DNA of 64,000 bases from Stegostoma tigrinum (taxonomy: Eukaryota). Below, piece by piece: positions 14,521-29,352 of the stretch. Each line of letters opens with the position of its first letter. Within the stretch, counting starts at the first letter, position 1. Under the pieces are notes generated by a model, which worked only from the letters and a program-made list of their open reading frames with translations, searched no databases and had not been told where the DNA came from. Both the position numbers and the translations under genes were made by a program. Location: assembly GCF_030684315.1 (NCBI RefSeq), contig NC_081396.1, positions 4,216,001-4,280,000 on the forward strand. Reading direction: 5' to 3'.

Positions 14521-14999
14521 TCCTAAGTTTGGCACTAGCTGCTAGATATTTTTAAACGGGATTTTGCAAGCTTGACACAACATGCTGTGCAAACATCTCT
14601 TCGAGCACCTTGGTCAATGTCAGATTATCCATCTACTTTCACCGAATGTTTGCTATTTTGCAGCAGTTGGTAAAACTGAGTGGCCTTCTCAGCCGTTTGA
14701 GAGTCAACCACTTTGCTTTGTGGCTGGAATGACATGTCCCCCAGACGACGTGAGTCTGGCCATCTTTCTTCCCTGAATGACATTACCAATGTTTGTTTTT
14801 CTGACAATTGATAATGATGCCATGGCCTTCAGTAGACTATGTTTTCAAATTTAAATTCCACCATTTAATGCGATTTGAAAACGAACTCCTGAACGTTAGC
14901 TGAATTTCCAGAATTAATCGCATTACGTTTGGCAATAATACCTTCCCGATGAAATAGTTATGTGCAGCATGAAACCAATAATGCTTTGTATTTCATAGA

Positions 15000-16480
15000 G
15001 ACGAACCTTGCCTTACTTATACTCGTCACTTGATAGTCCTGTAAAAATGCTTTCTTCACAAGTTTTGGCACAATATTCTACTTTTTTTTCTTTGTTCTGC
15101 CATCGATAACATACCTTAGTCTCAGGCTTTCCTCCTCATTAATCACAATACTGCACGTTTTTGCCTCAGTTGTGAAATCACTGATCAAAATATCTACATT
15201 TGTTACTCGATCGTTCATATCCACAACAAACAGCAAAGGATGCAGCTCTAAAATGTTGCAATGCACCACTGAACATAGGATTCATTTTCAAAGGCTGCCT
15301 TTGGCCATTACCCTCTCCCGAATTTAATTTGGTCCCGTGATTTCTTAAATGATTTAAGATGCAAGATCTTGCCAGAAACCTTGATGATTTCAACGTGATT
15401 ATTTCCACTATTTTCCACCCTCAACCACACTTCATGCCACTTCCTTCGAAGATGGTCTCACATTCGTAAGGGATGATGTCACTTGCATCAAAACCATGTT
15501 AATATTTTTAATTTAAATCTTATATTTGCAACTTATATTGAATGCTGTCTCTCAGATTTCTTTTCCCAAATCTTTCTCTAGCCCTGATACTGGACTAATA
15601 GCCGTTGATATAGTTTCCAGGATGATCCAAACAGCAATTCTTGAGCAATTATTGAATCATCATTCTAGCTGAGCATTCGTGCTTTGGCATTTGCCGGTTC
15701 GACAGAGACGATGTGAGTATTAATATTCTGGTCCCTACAATTCATCCCCTTGTCCAGGAGACAGGGCTCCTACCTTTTGCAGTCTTATGTCCACTAAAAA
15801 CGCAAATTCTTCTTTCAGCTCAATTGTAATTTCTGAAAATACCACAATTTTCTTCCTGAATTCTTAGCTCTATATTGCTCTTCACGTTAAGAGACACGTA
15901 AAGTACAATATCAAAGTGTGCCTAAGTCGTCCAGCTCCACAATAGTTGTCCAGTTAGTTCCTGCATCAGTCCCAATTTTTTCTCATTTTATTCTTCCTCC
16001 TTATATACTCCGAAAGTGCCTTTTGATTTCCCCACATTATTCCCATTGTCTTCTTTAAACATCGCCACGATTTACATTCTTAAATCTTTTTGAAGCAACT
16101 TCCCGCAGCTTCTGCAGTTTTCTTGGCCTACTGCTATACTGAGCTTCGACATTGCCTATAAATTTGGATTCTTCTTTTGTCTAATTCTTTGCTTACTGCC
16201 ACGTTTAGAAACATATAGAATTCTTCCTTTCAGTCTTCACATTTAAGGACTATTTTGGACCTTCGAATACATTACCTTTGAATTGGAAAATCTTCCACTG
16301 GTCTGAAATAAGTCTTCTTCGATGCAGTTGCTGTCATAACGAAATTGGCCAGATTGAGTTTTATCACGACAAAATCGGCCTTGACACTAATCAAAACCTT
16401 TATTTCATGTTGATCATTGTCACTTTCTATAGATCGGTAATATCTGACAGAATTGCATTCACTTGAAAGAAGGACCACCC
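15000..16480 (-). mobile_element. Highly decayed CR1
   Basis: ORFs 15078-15408(-) show PLLFVVDMND..ISDF and LARSCILNHL remnants of CR1 RT. Confidence 0.6.
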
Positions 16481-19116
16481 TCCTATCTCTCCATGACTGA
16501 CTGGTGGTCCAGGGAACACCCCCAGCAATTTTCTGCAAAGTTATTTACTCTCAACTAATTTCTGGAATAACCCAAATAGCTTTTCAACGTATCGCGAGTT
16601 AGAGATGGTTCACAAATTCTAGTTACGACAGCAACATCTACATCAGCTGAAAGCATTCCTTCAATGCAGTTGAATATCCAAATACACAGGCGGGAGTTTT
16701 TGATTTGTTGCTTTGCTCCAGGAAAGAGCTCCGAGTACAAAATGTGACTTCATTTAACATTTTGTTGTATTACCTCATGCTCATTCATGACTGAACATAG
16801 CAGTATTTGGCCTGAGAACATAATGTACTTTCAAGATTCTCTTTCATTTGTTAATGCAACAGGTGTTAATAAGGTTGACTGCAATATAAAATACAAGGAG
16901 AGAGATAAAAAGAAAATGTGTGTTGGTTATATAACATTTCTTCATTAATGTAAACAAAAACATGTAAATGCAGTAAACTCCAACTATCCCAATCCGTAAT
17001 GCTGATCAGCCATTTAGTTCACATCACCGAAGCCATCCAATTCATTACCTCGTTTGATAAGAATAGACCTACCACGGCCTTGAAAACAATTCTTAACAAA
17101 TTCTGCATCAATGCCCTTTGATCAATAGAGTTCCAAAGGCTAAAAGCTAGCTGATAGCCATACATTTGCCTTCAATAGGCAAGTACTGATTTCACAACCG
17201 TGACCAGGAATTGCAAAAGAGGAAAAATGTTTTCCCGATTTATTATGACTGGATGATTTATGATCTTATGTGTTTGAATGAAACATCCAACGCTTGTTCA
17301 AATTCAACCCTGTGCAAGCCTACCCTGTCGAATTATTGCTCTTTACTAGTCTCATAAATCTTCCCTGAACTTTTGCCAACACAATTCCCGCCTTCCTTAC
17401 TTTTGTTTTCCTGATTTACCCATTATTTCTGATATGTCACTGATATCTGCTATCAAAAGGGTTGCAGTAGATTCCCTTTTCAATTAATTGTCTGCGTCCT
17501 CATTTTTACCAGTTTTGCTGACTCATTTTGAGCAGGAGCAACATCCATATTGTTCACGATATTTTTAAAGAGAATAAATATTATCTCTGTATGTTTTATC
17601 TTCTCAGTTATATTTCATTTCTAACTCTGATACGTTCCTTTTTATTCAACTTTTAACCTTCAAATTTTCCATATTCTTTCCCAAAGTGTATTCTATCAAG
17701 TCTCCAACAATGTAGATTTTCTTTTAGTTTGGTGTGTTTTTAATTTCACATTCGAGTCTGACCCTTTCCCTTGGGTTTTCTTTTCTAACTTCACAGAAAT
17801 TACCTGCGCACTACATTATGAAATGTGGTCTGAAATGTCTCTTACTGCAACTTTGTTGATAATTCTTCTAAATACTTTATCATCTCAATGCAGTTAGTTC
17901 TGTTTTCGTGCAATCACAGTTATCCTTATTTAATTTGATAATATTCATCTTAAGCCCATTATTTCCGACCTCAGAACAAATAGAAAATTCATGAAGTGTT
18001 CGCTGCTACCTGAGGTTATTACTTAGTACAGTTTTGTGGGGTGGCATCAGGTCCAGGAACTCTTTGCTGTTTCTGTCAGAAATGTACCTGTTACATTTAA
18101 TCAAATAGAGAGGGTCTTTTTAAACCTAAAATACAACAATATCTTACTTCTGCTTGAAATCATGTACGAATAGAAAAACAAAATTTCCAGAGGAATTCAA
18201 CGGCAAAAAGACCTGATCACTGACGCAACCTCGCCTTGCTTTTTACAGACACAGCGCCAAACTTTAAATTGTATATTTTTAAAATGTAGTTTTTGTCCGA
18301 AACCCACTATCATTTAGGCCTTTTTACCAGTGATAACGCTCAGCTTTTTGTTTTTCACTCACAGTTACCATTGTGTGGTTTAAGTACTGTCATGTTTTTA
18401 ATGCTGAACTCTTAAAAAAGGGAATGGAATTGCATACAATGTTGAAACCAACAGCAATCTGCACGTTTCTTCATCAGGCTGACAGTGTGCATTCTCCCTC
18501 ACAGGCAGCAAGTTTGTTTGCGCTGATAGCATGCAAGTGTACTCCCATTGTATATTTTCTCATCTGACGCACAACTTCCTCTTTCTCTGCGCAAGTGGCA
18601 AGCCACACATGTCACATTTGAACAGAAAATAAAGCTGAAGAACAATCTGGAGGAAACATCTGCCAAGGTGATCTTTATCTGGACAGAGAGTGGGCAGTCA
18701 TCGATCACACTGAAGTGGCAAACACAAATCGACATTTTGTGGTCTGTTTAACGTTCGATTCCAGAATGTCGTTGCATGAGTCTCAGGACCATGTAACGAA
18801 AGCATTCAACTCTCTGTATTATAAAACACATCGTTTGCACATTTACTGTTTTGATCATAGTAATTTTTAAAAAACTTTTTTAATGATTTCATGTTTATTT
18901 CATCAGTTTTAGATTCGTATCCATCATGTCCCCATCCAGATACATTCTATTTGTTATAATGCTGTGATTTTAATGAACTGGAAAAATGCAAAGAATACAT
19001 TCATTTGCACAAATAGTTGTGGCAGTGCTTCAGATAACAGAATTAGTATGCACAGAGAGCCCCTTTTCTGTGCCTACTTTGAGCATCATTGTATTCAACA
19101 AAAGCCACTGGGGAGG

Positions 19117-19370
19117 GTCAGTGGCTCGGTGATTAGCACTGCCAGAAGTGCCAGGACCCCACATTCGATTCCATGTTCAGGCGACTGAGTGTAGAGTCTG
19201 CACGTTTTTGCCATTTCTGACAGCTGCGCCAGTTTGATTCCACAGTTCAATGACATACAAGTTATGTGGATAAGCCATTCCAAATTGCCATAATGCCCAG
19301 GGATGTGTAGGTTATCGTGTCAGCCAAGGGAATAGTCCGGGTGGCAAGCCATTTGGACAGTTGCTGTGGT
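19117..19370 (+). mobile_element. Decayed tRNA-derived SINE (HE1-like)
   Basis: A-box-like TGGCTCGGTGATTAG and B-box-like ATTCGATTCC, followed by gtgtagagtctgcacgtt body. Confidence 0.7.
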
Positions 19371-19519
19371 CTCTATAAATTGCTTCTAGCCAAAGATTTA
19401 AACGCTAATATCTCCAAGTGACCTGTTGTGGCCCTTGTGTGTCTATAAAAATCCCAATCTGTTCATAAGAACCAGAATGAACAGATTGTTTTTTTTCTTC
19501 CTGTGTCATTAAATATTTT

Positions 19520-20930
19520 TTGGAAATGGACGTCTCTGTTTGGCCAGCAATACTGCCCAACCTCAGTTGACTTTGAGAGGGAGATGGTGAGCTGCCCGTT
19601 TAAACCACTGCAGTGAAAAATGCCAATAACAAGGTAATTTCAGGATATTGACCCACTGGCATCAAAGGAACGGTGATATATTTACAAGTCATGATGGTTA
19701 GTGGATTCGTGGGAAAATTGAAGGTAGTAGCATTCCTGCTCTTGTCTTTCTTGATGGGAATGGTCGAGGGTTTGAAGGTGGTGTCTGAATTTCTTTGGGA
19801 AATGTTTGCAGTTCTCCTTGTAGATGGCATGTGCTGATGCGACTGAGCTTCAATGGCGGTGAGAATGAATGTTTGTGAATACAATATCAAACAAGTGTGT
19901 CGTTTTGGCCTGGTTGGGTGTAAAACGTCTTGAGTGTTGCTGAGGTTGCAATCATCCAGGCAAATGGGGAGCATTCAGAAACACTTCTCCATTGAACCTT
20001 ACAAATGTTGGAAAGGCTTTGAGAAGCAGGGAAGTGAGTTACTCGGTATTGCATTCACTTCTTCTCACCTGTCTTTGTAATCCCATTGTTTCTTTTGTCA
20101 GTTCAGATGTAATTTCTGGTCAATGATAAGACCCAGAATTTTGATTTGATGTATTTAATGATGGTAAAACCATTGAATGCCTGGGGCCAGGAGTTAGATC
20201 GTGCTTTATTCGTGACAGTCACAACTTAATAATTGTGTGGTGCCAAAGTTACTTGCCACTTATCAGCACACACCTGCATACTTTTCAAGTCTTTTTGCAT
20301 TTGAACATGATCTGCCTCAGTGCCTGAAGATTTCCAACTGGAACTGAACATGTGCACCAATCGGTGAACATCCACACTTCTGACTTTATGATGGAGGGAC
20401 GGTCATTGATGAATCTGATGAAGATGTTTGCGCTGAAGATTCTACCCTGAAGACCTCCTGCAGAGGGGCCATGGAGCTGAGATGACTGATCTTCAAAAAC
20501 AATGACTATCTTCCGAAATGTCAGGTGGGTATCCAACTTCCAGAAATTTAACCCACTCATGTGCATTGATTTCAGTTTTGCCAGGGCTCTTTGGTGCCAA
20601 ATTCTAACGAAAGCAGCCTTGAAGTTAAAGGTGGTCACAATTACCTCACTTTTGGAATTCTTTCTTTTGTCCACATTTGGACCAATGCTACAATGGCGTC
20701 AGGAACTCAATGGCCTTGGCAGAGCCAAACTGGGCATAACTAAGCAGTTTAGTACTGAGCAGGTGCTGCTTGATAGCATTGTCGATACCCCCTTACACAA
20801 ATTTGCTGATGATCGACTGCAGACTGATGGGGTTATAATAGGCCAGACATGCCTGTTTCTGTGCATGATGTACTTGTGCAATTTTCCGCATTGTCTGAAA
20901 GCACAAATCTTTAGTTCTGTTGCCCAAATG
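19520..20930 (-). mobile_element. Decayed non-LTR retrotransposon RT region
   Basis: ORF 20285-20674(-) FNFKAAFVRIWHQRALAKL..SAGGLQGRIF..FINDRPS..MFTDWCT corresponds to RT motifs A, B and C (DIKAAFDRVWH, GVPQGSVL, FADD). Confidence 0.85.
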
Positions 20931-23900
20931 TTATCACATGGAGCCTAGGAAAAGGTGAAGATGGCAGATTTCCCTCCCAGAAGGACATTAGTGAAAGACA
21001 TTGTTTTTTTTCGACAATCAGCAATTAATTCACTGTTATCAGTCGATTATCATTCCAGATTGTTTCAAATTCAATTCAATTTCTACCATATTTCGGGTCG
21101 GGATATATTCTTAGATTTCATAAAGTCCAAGAAACCTCGAGGTCTGTTCTCCAGTTGTAGGATAAAAACAATTCTGATGCATGTTGTGTCAATTCTAACC
21201 ACAGCAGTTATGAGTCTCTCACTCAGTTTGGGCCATTTCATGAGACCTCTGTCACTCACTACAACACTGTGCTCGGCCTTAAACTGTCAAATCCTTCTTG
21301 CCCTTTAATTTCCTTCTAAATTCGAATGTATGTAATGTTCACTGCTCACTAGATGCAACATCAGTGGCTAATCGACACTAGATCCTGCCGTGGCTCTTAT
21401 TGTAGGAGTTAGCATCACTTGTTACAATAAGCGAGATTCATTTCCATTGAATACAGAATTCGCCTGTGTCTTCCTTGATATCAGACCAGATTCTATTGTT
21501 TTATGAGCATGTTGGCAAGCCTTTCTGTTCATCTTACACCGGAGCCAGACCTGATAAACCAAGGATTGCACAGAACAGACAAGAACAGTTTAGTCAATCA
21601 TTAACACAAATGTGGAGTACTTCTCATTGATATTCCGAATACTGGGGTCATAATAACATAAACGGTACAGTGTAATATAAAATCTGCCAAAAACAATCAA
21701 TATGAGAAATAACTGAAGTAAAGCCTCTTGGAAGAGAGCGTGATGGGTATGACATACAAAAGGCAGAGGGTGATTCAGTTTTAGATTTCAGAACTTCATA
21801 TTGTAATATTACCCACGGCATGATTCAGCACAGTCTTACATAAGGATGGTGAATCAAATATAAAGAGGATTTTGGTTCAACGCTGTATGAACTGAGACTG
21901 AGCTGACAACAGAAACAACTGAGAAATGACCTGCTATCACATGATCAAAGTCAAGGCCTGGTGGAATGCATTGTTTTTGTCAATGCTGTTAAAACCACCC
22001 ATGTCAGTTATATCATGTGGCATTTGTGTAGCATGAATGGAATTACAGTGTGTTTGGAACACATTATGAGACATCCGGCCCTTCTTGTCTTCTTTAATCC
22101 TCTGTAAAGTCTATTGCGTTCTCTTTTATTGAGTTATTGAGCACATTCCTTCTTGGTATGTAAAGTTCCTGCTGCCAGTGCGATATTTTCGATCAGTAAT
22201 TCCAGAACAGAGCTGCATACTGTTTCATGATATTTAACTTCTTTTTATTCGCATTAGCTCTTTTAACAATTACTTTATTTCTGTGCGTTGTACTTGCGAT
22301 CATGACACAAAGGGGAACATTTCCCATTTATCATTTTGTAAAAGCCCCTCATTATTTTGAACATATCTATCAATCACATCTCACCCATTTCTCTCCCAAA
22401 GAAAACTGCCCCAACGTTTACAACACAGCATTTAATGAATGCTCCTTGAGATGATGCGCACTCTTGAATCTTGAAAGCATGCTCTATACTTTGACTTGAA
22501 TTTCGGCCCAAATATGAATCGTTGTTTCAAGTGAGGTCCAATCCATGTGCAAGATAGGTTTTAAATATCTTCCTTGCTTTTACGTGATATTACATGTATA
22601 TTTGTGTACATTGTTATGTATTGCATCTCCACGCTCTTCCTCCATAAATTAACCAAGGGATAAACCTCTGCGCTAAATTTCATTTCTCGCCCATCGGCCC
22701 AATCCACAAAGCTCAACAGATCCTTATAAAAATATGAACTGTCTCTCTTCGGTTCAGAAATGTTGCAAGATTCTTGTTGCAGCAAATTGTGAGATAATGC
22801 ACTTTACGCAATATCTTCGTCAAAAACATAAATGAAAACATTCACACGTCAAAGCATTGACACCTGCATAATAGTGCTTTGAACCTCCCTTGAATACAAA
22901 ACACACATAACTGTCCCTTTTGATACATGATTTCTTCAATTTACTCGGATGTTTTCAAATAAGTTTTGAAATACACATGGAAATAAAAATCAGACTAGGA
23001 CAACAACGCGTGCGTTAATCCACATGAAAAAGCAAGCAAATTTGTTCACATGAGTGGCGCTGAGAAATCCATAAACGATAGTTTGAACAAAATAATTTCC
23101 AATGATATGATGGCTCATCCATTTTCTGTGCAGTGTTTTAAACCTTAAGTTACACTTAATTGCCGATGATCTGAGCTTACCTGTGTCAAAATAAGTTGAC
23201 TGCTGTCAACTTGGCTCATTTTGTTTTGCTCTTCTTCGCTGAATGAAGGGATGTTGCCCTGGGCATCACCTGGGGAACATTAGATCGTGGATTTCTTGAA
23301 CAGTCAGAGTGTAATTTTGTTGAAATGTGATATGATTGAAACGAAATGTAGGGACATTTCCGATATAAATCAGAGGAAATAGAGACTCTGAATTTGACAA
23401 GCATGTAATTAGAATTATGGAAGATGTTGCCACAGCGAGAAATCACTCTTCCCATTCAGTCTGTATAAACCAAAAACAAAACCTTCAAGCTTATGCATGT
23501 TGTGTTGCATATTGTCCATAAGACTGAAGATTATAGCACTTGAAGTACATCTTCAAATACATTTGACTGTCCCTGTCTTCACCATTCCTTCAGTAACTAA
23601 GCTTCTTGAATAAGTCCTGCCATTTCACTGCCAACCACTGATACGTAAAGGCATTATCTACCAAGCTCTCCCCTCTGTCATTGAGGTTTTTCTCATATAT
23701 TTTATCCTCCATGAAATCAGTGTACTTCTCAGGAAAAATTCGCCGAAAATTCCTGTGTTCAGCCACAAGCAAATCCACCTGAACTGAAATGTCCTATTTG
23801 TTTGTTTCTTTTTCACAGTCTTCTCATAATCCTCCGAATCTCACCAAAAAATAAAAAGACGTTCGGTCCATAATGATGTGTGTGGCTGTGCGTATGTTCA

Positions 23901-25180
23901 CACAATTTCTGTGTTGGTGCGTTAATTTATTTCAATTGTTATTGTGCTTACTTGTTCTGGCAAAACATTAATTGATAGATCATTGGCTAATCCTTCATGA
24001 GGAATGGTGGCAATGATTCGTAGTTCCCGTGTATTTTTGTCAAAATATGACTAAAAACAGGTCAGAGAAAATGAACAAACATTGCAGTTAGAATAACTTA
24101 AAGTTTGTCGGGTATAATCCATTTTTCATCACAGGTATGATCTCCATTGCTGGAAATTCTAGTTTATGGGGAAAATGAGTGGGCTATCATTGCTTGTGAT
24201 AAACTAGACAGATATTCCAAACAGTTCGTGTAGCCCTGAGAAACTGAATGGTCCGTCTCTAAACTTGGTTTCTCCAGTCATCCAGCTATTCCAGACTTAC
24301 TTATCTCATGAACCTGACATAGAAATTAATCTTCGTATATTCCCCAGATACACCACCAGCAATATTTCTTTATTCAACAAAAACCAGGCTCATAAATTAA
24401 GAAAGATAAATATACGTGCCTTTCAGTGATTTAATATTGACAATGAAGCTTTCTTATAGTACAAATCAATTTGAATGTTTCACAGTTCCCTGGTGTCACC
24501 TTGTTCTTGTGAGCAAGAGATGCTTTGCAAATTATATTCAGTATGTCACTGCAGGTATTTCAACAGGCACTGTGTAGTCAAAGATCTCCCAAACAACAAA
24601 ATCAGCAATGTGATCATGACACGATCATCTACTTTTGTGATCGTGGTGGAAACAAAATCAAATTGGCCATTAACAGAAGGGCAATTCCCTTTCAGGTCTT
24701 TGAAATAGTACGACCGGGTCATTTATGCGCAACTGGGATGGCAGGGCATATTCAGTTTAACAACACCAGGGAACATCAGGGAGCATTGTCACGGTTGGAA
24801 ATCCAGATAATTGCTAATTTCTTGTTGCTACTTAGGCCTGGTGAAAAACTGGAGAAGGGCGAATTGCTTTGTAATATGATAGACAATGAAATAATGATGA
24901 ACTGGAATTGTGCCTTTGCTCGTATTTTCCACCCGCTAATATTCATTTGTTGCCAAAACAGTTATTGCTGGTAGTTGCTTTATGAAGGCAAATTTCAACT
25001 GCGCACAAATTCATTTGACAATTTCAGGATATGGGAGAGAGCCTTTGAAAGTGAGGAGCAATTAGTATTGATGAGGTTTGCAGCAATTCCCTAAAAGAAA
25101 ACCCTTCATATGTGCCTGATCAATAAAAAAAATGTTTATTTACGTTTACCCTGAAACATTCAAAAGGATGGCCAATTTTC

Positions 25181-27930
25181 ATAGAACGTAAAACATAGAA
25201 AAGTACAGCACAGTACAGGCCCTTCGGCCCACGATGTTGTGCCCTGGAATATTCCTAATCCAAAAATAAAATAACCTAACCTACATTCCCCTCAATTCAC
25301 TGCTGTCCATGTGCATGTCCAGCAGTTGCTTAAATGTCACTAATGACGCTGCTTCCACGACTACCACTGGCAAACTATTCCATGCGCTCACAACTGTCTG
25401 GGTGAAGAACCTCCCTCTGACATCTCCTCTATACCTTCCTCCGGACACTTTAAAACTATGACCCCTCGTGGCAGTCAATTCTGCCCTAGGGCAAAGTCTC
25501 TGGCTATCGACTTTATCCAGGCCTCTCATTACCTTGCACACCTCGATCAGGTCACCTCTATTTCTCCTTCTTTCCAGAGAGAAAAGTCCGAGCTCAGTCT
25601 ATCTCTCCTCATAGGACAAGCCTTCCAGTCCAGGCAGCATCCTGTTAAAGCTCCTTTGCACCCTCTCCAAAGCGTCCACATCTTTCCTGCATCAGTGCGA
25701 CCAGAACTGGATGCAAAATTACAAGTGTGGTCTCACTAGGGTTTTGTAGAGCTGCAGCATAACCTCGCGGCTCTTAAACTCAATGCCCCTGTTAATAAAA
25801 GCAAAAACACCATATGCTTTCTCCACAACCTTATCCACCTGGGTGGAAACTTGGAGGGAACTATGCACTTGAAAACGAATATCCTGCTGTTCCTCCACAC
25901 TGCCGAGAATCCTGCCTTTAACTGTATATTCAGAATTTATGTTCGACCTTCCAAAATGCATCACTTCGCATTTATCGAGGTTGAACTCCATCTGCTATTT
26001 CCCAGCCCAGCTCTGCACTCTGTCAACGTCTCGCTAAAGCCTGCAATAGCCTTTGATACTATCAACGGCACCTCCAACCTTTGTGTCATCAGCAAACACA
26101 CTAACCCACACCTCAAGATAATAAAATGTGAGGCTGGATGAACACAGCAGGCCAAGCAACATCTCAGGAGCACAAAAACTGACGTTTCGGGCCTAGACCC
26201 TTCATCAGAGCTGCTTGGCCTGCTGTGTTCATCCAGCCTCACATTTTATTATCTTGGAATTCTCCAGCATCTGCAGTTTCCATTATCTCTGATACTATTT
26301 TAACCCACACCTCAACCTCCTCATCCAAGTCATGTATAAAATTACAAAGAGCAGAGGCCCAAGAACAGAGCCCTGCGGGACAGCACTCAGCACTGACCTC
26401 CAGGCAGAATAGTTACCATCTACCACCATTCTCTGCCTCCTGTCAGCCAACCAATTCTGAATCCAGACAGCGAAATCACCCTGTACCCCATACCTCCTGA
26501 CTTTTTGAATGAGCCTGCCGTGGGGAACCTTGTCAAATGCCTTACTCAAGTCCATGTACACCACATCCACTGCTCGACCCTCGTCAACCTGTCTCGTGAC
26601 TTACTCAAAGAACTCAATAAGTTTTGTAAGGCATGACCTGCCCCGAACAAAGCCATGCTGACTCCCTTGAATCACGCTATGCTTTTCCAAATAGTCATAA
26701 ATCCTATCCCTCAGAATTCTTTCCAAAAGCTTGCTGACCGCAGACGTAAGACTGACTGGTCTGTAAATTCCTTGGATTTCCCTATTCCCTTTCTTGAAAA
26801 GAAGAACAACATTTGACTACCTCCAATCTTCCGGTATGACTCCCGTGGAGAGTGAGGATGCAAAGATATTCTCCAGCAGCTTAGCAACCTCCTTTCTCGC
26901 TTCCCGGAGCAAACAAGGGTAAATCTGGTCAGGCCCTGGGGACTTATCAATCTCAATGTTTGCCAAAATTTCCAGCACATCAACTTCCTCAATTTTGATT
27001 TGATAAAGGCTGCTTTCCTCCTCCGCAAAGTTCTCATTCACAACGAGGCACCTTTCATTCGAGAAAACAGAAGCAAAAAACTCACTGAGTGCTTCCCCTA
27101 TCTGCTCAGACTCCAAACACAAGTTCCCTACGCTATCCCTGATCGGCCCTACCTTCTCCCTGATCATTCTCTTATTCCTCACGTATGAGTAAAATGCCTT
27201 CGGGTTCTCCCTAATCCTTCCTGCCAAGCCTTTTTCGTGCCCCCTCCTGGACCTCCTCAGTTCACTTTTGAGCTCCTTCCGAGAAAGCCTGTAATATTCT
27301 AAAGCTGTGCTAGACCCTTGCTTCCTCCACCTTATGTACGCTGCCTTTTGCTTTTTGACAAGAAGCCCCACTGTACCCGTCATCCGAGGCTCTTTAATCT
27401 TACCCCTTCTTACCTGTCTCAGAGGAAAAAATTTAGACATCACTCGCAACAACTGCTCCTTAAACAGCCTCCACATGTCTGCTGTGCCCTTTCTGTTGAA
27501 CAATTGCTCCCAACCTGTACTTCCCAACTCTTGTCTGATAACATCATAGTTTCCTTTACCCCAGTTAAATATCTTCTCCTGGTAACTGCTCCTTTCCCTT
27601 TCCATGGCTATGATAAATGTGTGGCTGTTGTGGTCACTGTCGCCAGAGTGTTCTCCCACCACGAGATCTAACACCTGTCCTGGCTCATTGCCAAGCACCA
27701 AATCCAAAATGGCCTCAGCCCTGGTCGGCCTGTCCATATACTGAGTAAGGAAGCCCTCCTGAACACACCTGACAAAAACGGCTCCATCCAAACCATCTGC
27801 ACTAAGGAGGTTCCAATCTATATTGGGAAAGTTGAAGTCACCCATAACAACAACCCTGCGGCGTTTGCACTTTTCAACAATCTGCCGGCCAATGAGTTCT
27901 TCGACCTCCCTACTGCTATTTGGGGGGCCT
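25181..27930 (-). mobile_element. 5'-truncated CR1 LINE (end of APE endonuclease plus RT), frameshifted and interrupted by an insertion
   Basis: ORFs 26817-27953 (VMGDFNFPNIDW, LDLVL, SDHN), 26295-26570 (VYMDLSKAFDKVPH, VPQGSVLGP), 25719-25991 and 25281-25541; (ATAGAAC)n tail at 25181-25200. Confidence 0.95.
26117..26300. mobile_element. Palindromic Penelope-derived short element inserted into CR1, with a 15-bp TSD
   Basis: TAACCCACACCTCAA at 26102-26116 and 26301-26315; near-perfect inverted arms; intact minus-strand core CTGATGA..GAAACGTC at 26181-26208. Confidence 0.9.
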
Positions 27931-28569
27931 GAAATCAAACCAAAATCCGCCAAACAGTTTATTTCTCAATATTTTCGTGTTGATGCCTTGTTGGAGGCAT
28001 GCCCCATCAACATACCAGGCATGCGATGCTCAAAATAAATCTCAAAACAGAGGGGCAATTGCATGAAAAGAAGTAAATTGATCACTCACATGCCAAAGAA
28101 TCAGTACCAGTATAACAGGCATCGTTCTAATCACGTGCACTATTTTTGGTGTGAGAAGAAAAGTGGGTGAAGATATGTTGAGTGTTCTGTTTCATACAAT
28201 GGAACCACATATTTACGTGGGTCCTCCTGAATCCAGAAAAGTGCCCGATTTGTATCTCTCAGATGAAGATTTACAATCAGCAGTGAGCAATCATGAGTAC
28301 CATTTGGCTATATTTCAGTTGCTATGAATGAAGTTCAATTTATCACTTCCAGAGGTATGCAAGATTTTAATTTTCATCGTTCTGGGGCAGAACAGAACAT
28401 AAGAAAGTGATATATTTTTAATAATTGACCTGCCTCAAGTCATGAAGCCAGCAAACAAAAATTTGTGTTTTGAAGAACATTTCTTTTTTATATATCCATA
28501 AATCATTCAATCTATCGATTTGTGCAAGCATTCATTGTGTCTGTCTGTCTGAAATTTTATTCGTCTATC

Positions 28570-29290
28570 TAGATCACATGGCTTTCAGGACGAGCTTGCC
28601 AATTGGATGCACAATTGGGTAAACGGCAAGAGACAGTGGTGATGGATGGTTCTTTTTTACGACTGGTGGCTTGTTTCCATTGATTGTTGTTGGGTGCACT
28701 TTTGTTTAACATTTACGTGAAAAATTTCGATTTGAAACTCGGAGATATTGTTAACATTTTGATGGTTGTGATCAGAATTGTGGGGATAATGGACAATGAA
28801 GAACATTATTTAAGATTGCAAAGTGATCTTGATCAATTCGATCAATGGGCTGAGGAGTGCAGATGGAGTTGTATAGAAGAGGCAGACCTAGTGGTTCAGG
28901 AACATAATACTTTGGCGGTGGCATCATAGGATGTTTAAGAAAGCGTGTAGTAGGCTTGCCTTCATTGATCAATCATTTGAGTATCAGAGTTGGGAAGTCA
29001 TGTTCAGGACATTGTCGAGACCTCGTCAGAACTAATGCGTCCATTTCTAGTCTACTTGTTACGGGAAACAAAATATTATTTATTTGGTGAGACTTGGGAA
29101 ACTATTTTCCAGGATTTTGCTCGGAATGGAGGATGTGAGTCATCAGGAGCACTTGTGCATAACGACATAAATCAGAAAGGTTTTGAAGGATATTGGCCAA
29201 GCACAGGCAGGTGGATCTCGTTCAGTTTGGGATTATGTTCAGCATGGACTAGTCAGACTGAAGTGCCTGTTCCTGTACTCTTTTACTATC
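28570..29290 (+). mobile_element. Decayed CR1 RT fragment
   Basis: ORF 28684-28929 LLGALLFNIYVKNFD..LRLQSDLDQFDQWAEEC. Confidence 0.75.
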
Positions 29291-29295
29291 TGAAT

Positions 29296-29352
29296 ATCTA
29301 TCTCTTGGTCTGTCTGTCTGTCTAACTATCTATCTATCTTTCTATCTGTCTG
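29296..29352. repeat. (TCTA/TCTG)n tetranucleotide microsatellite
   Basis: Direct reading. Confidence 0.85.

Noticed and set aside
24525-24974. 149-aa ORF
   Set aside because: No recognisable domain in any frame I translated and no splice or TE context
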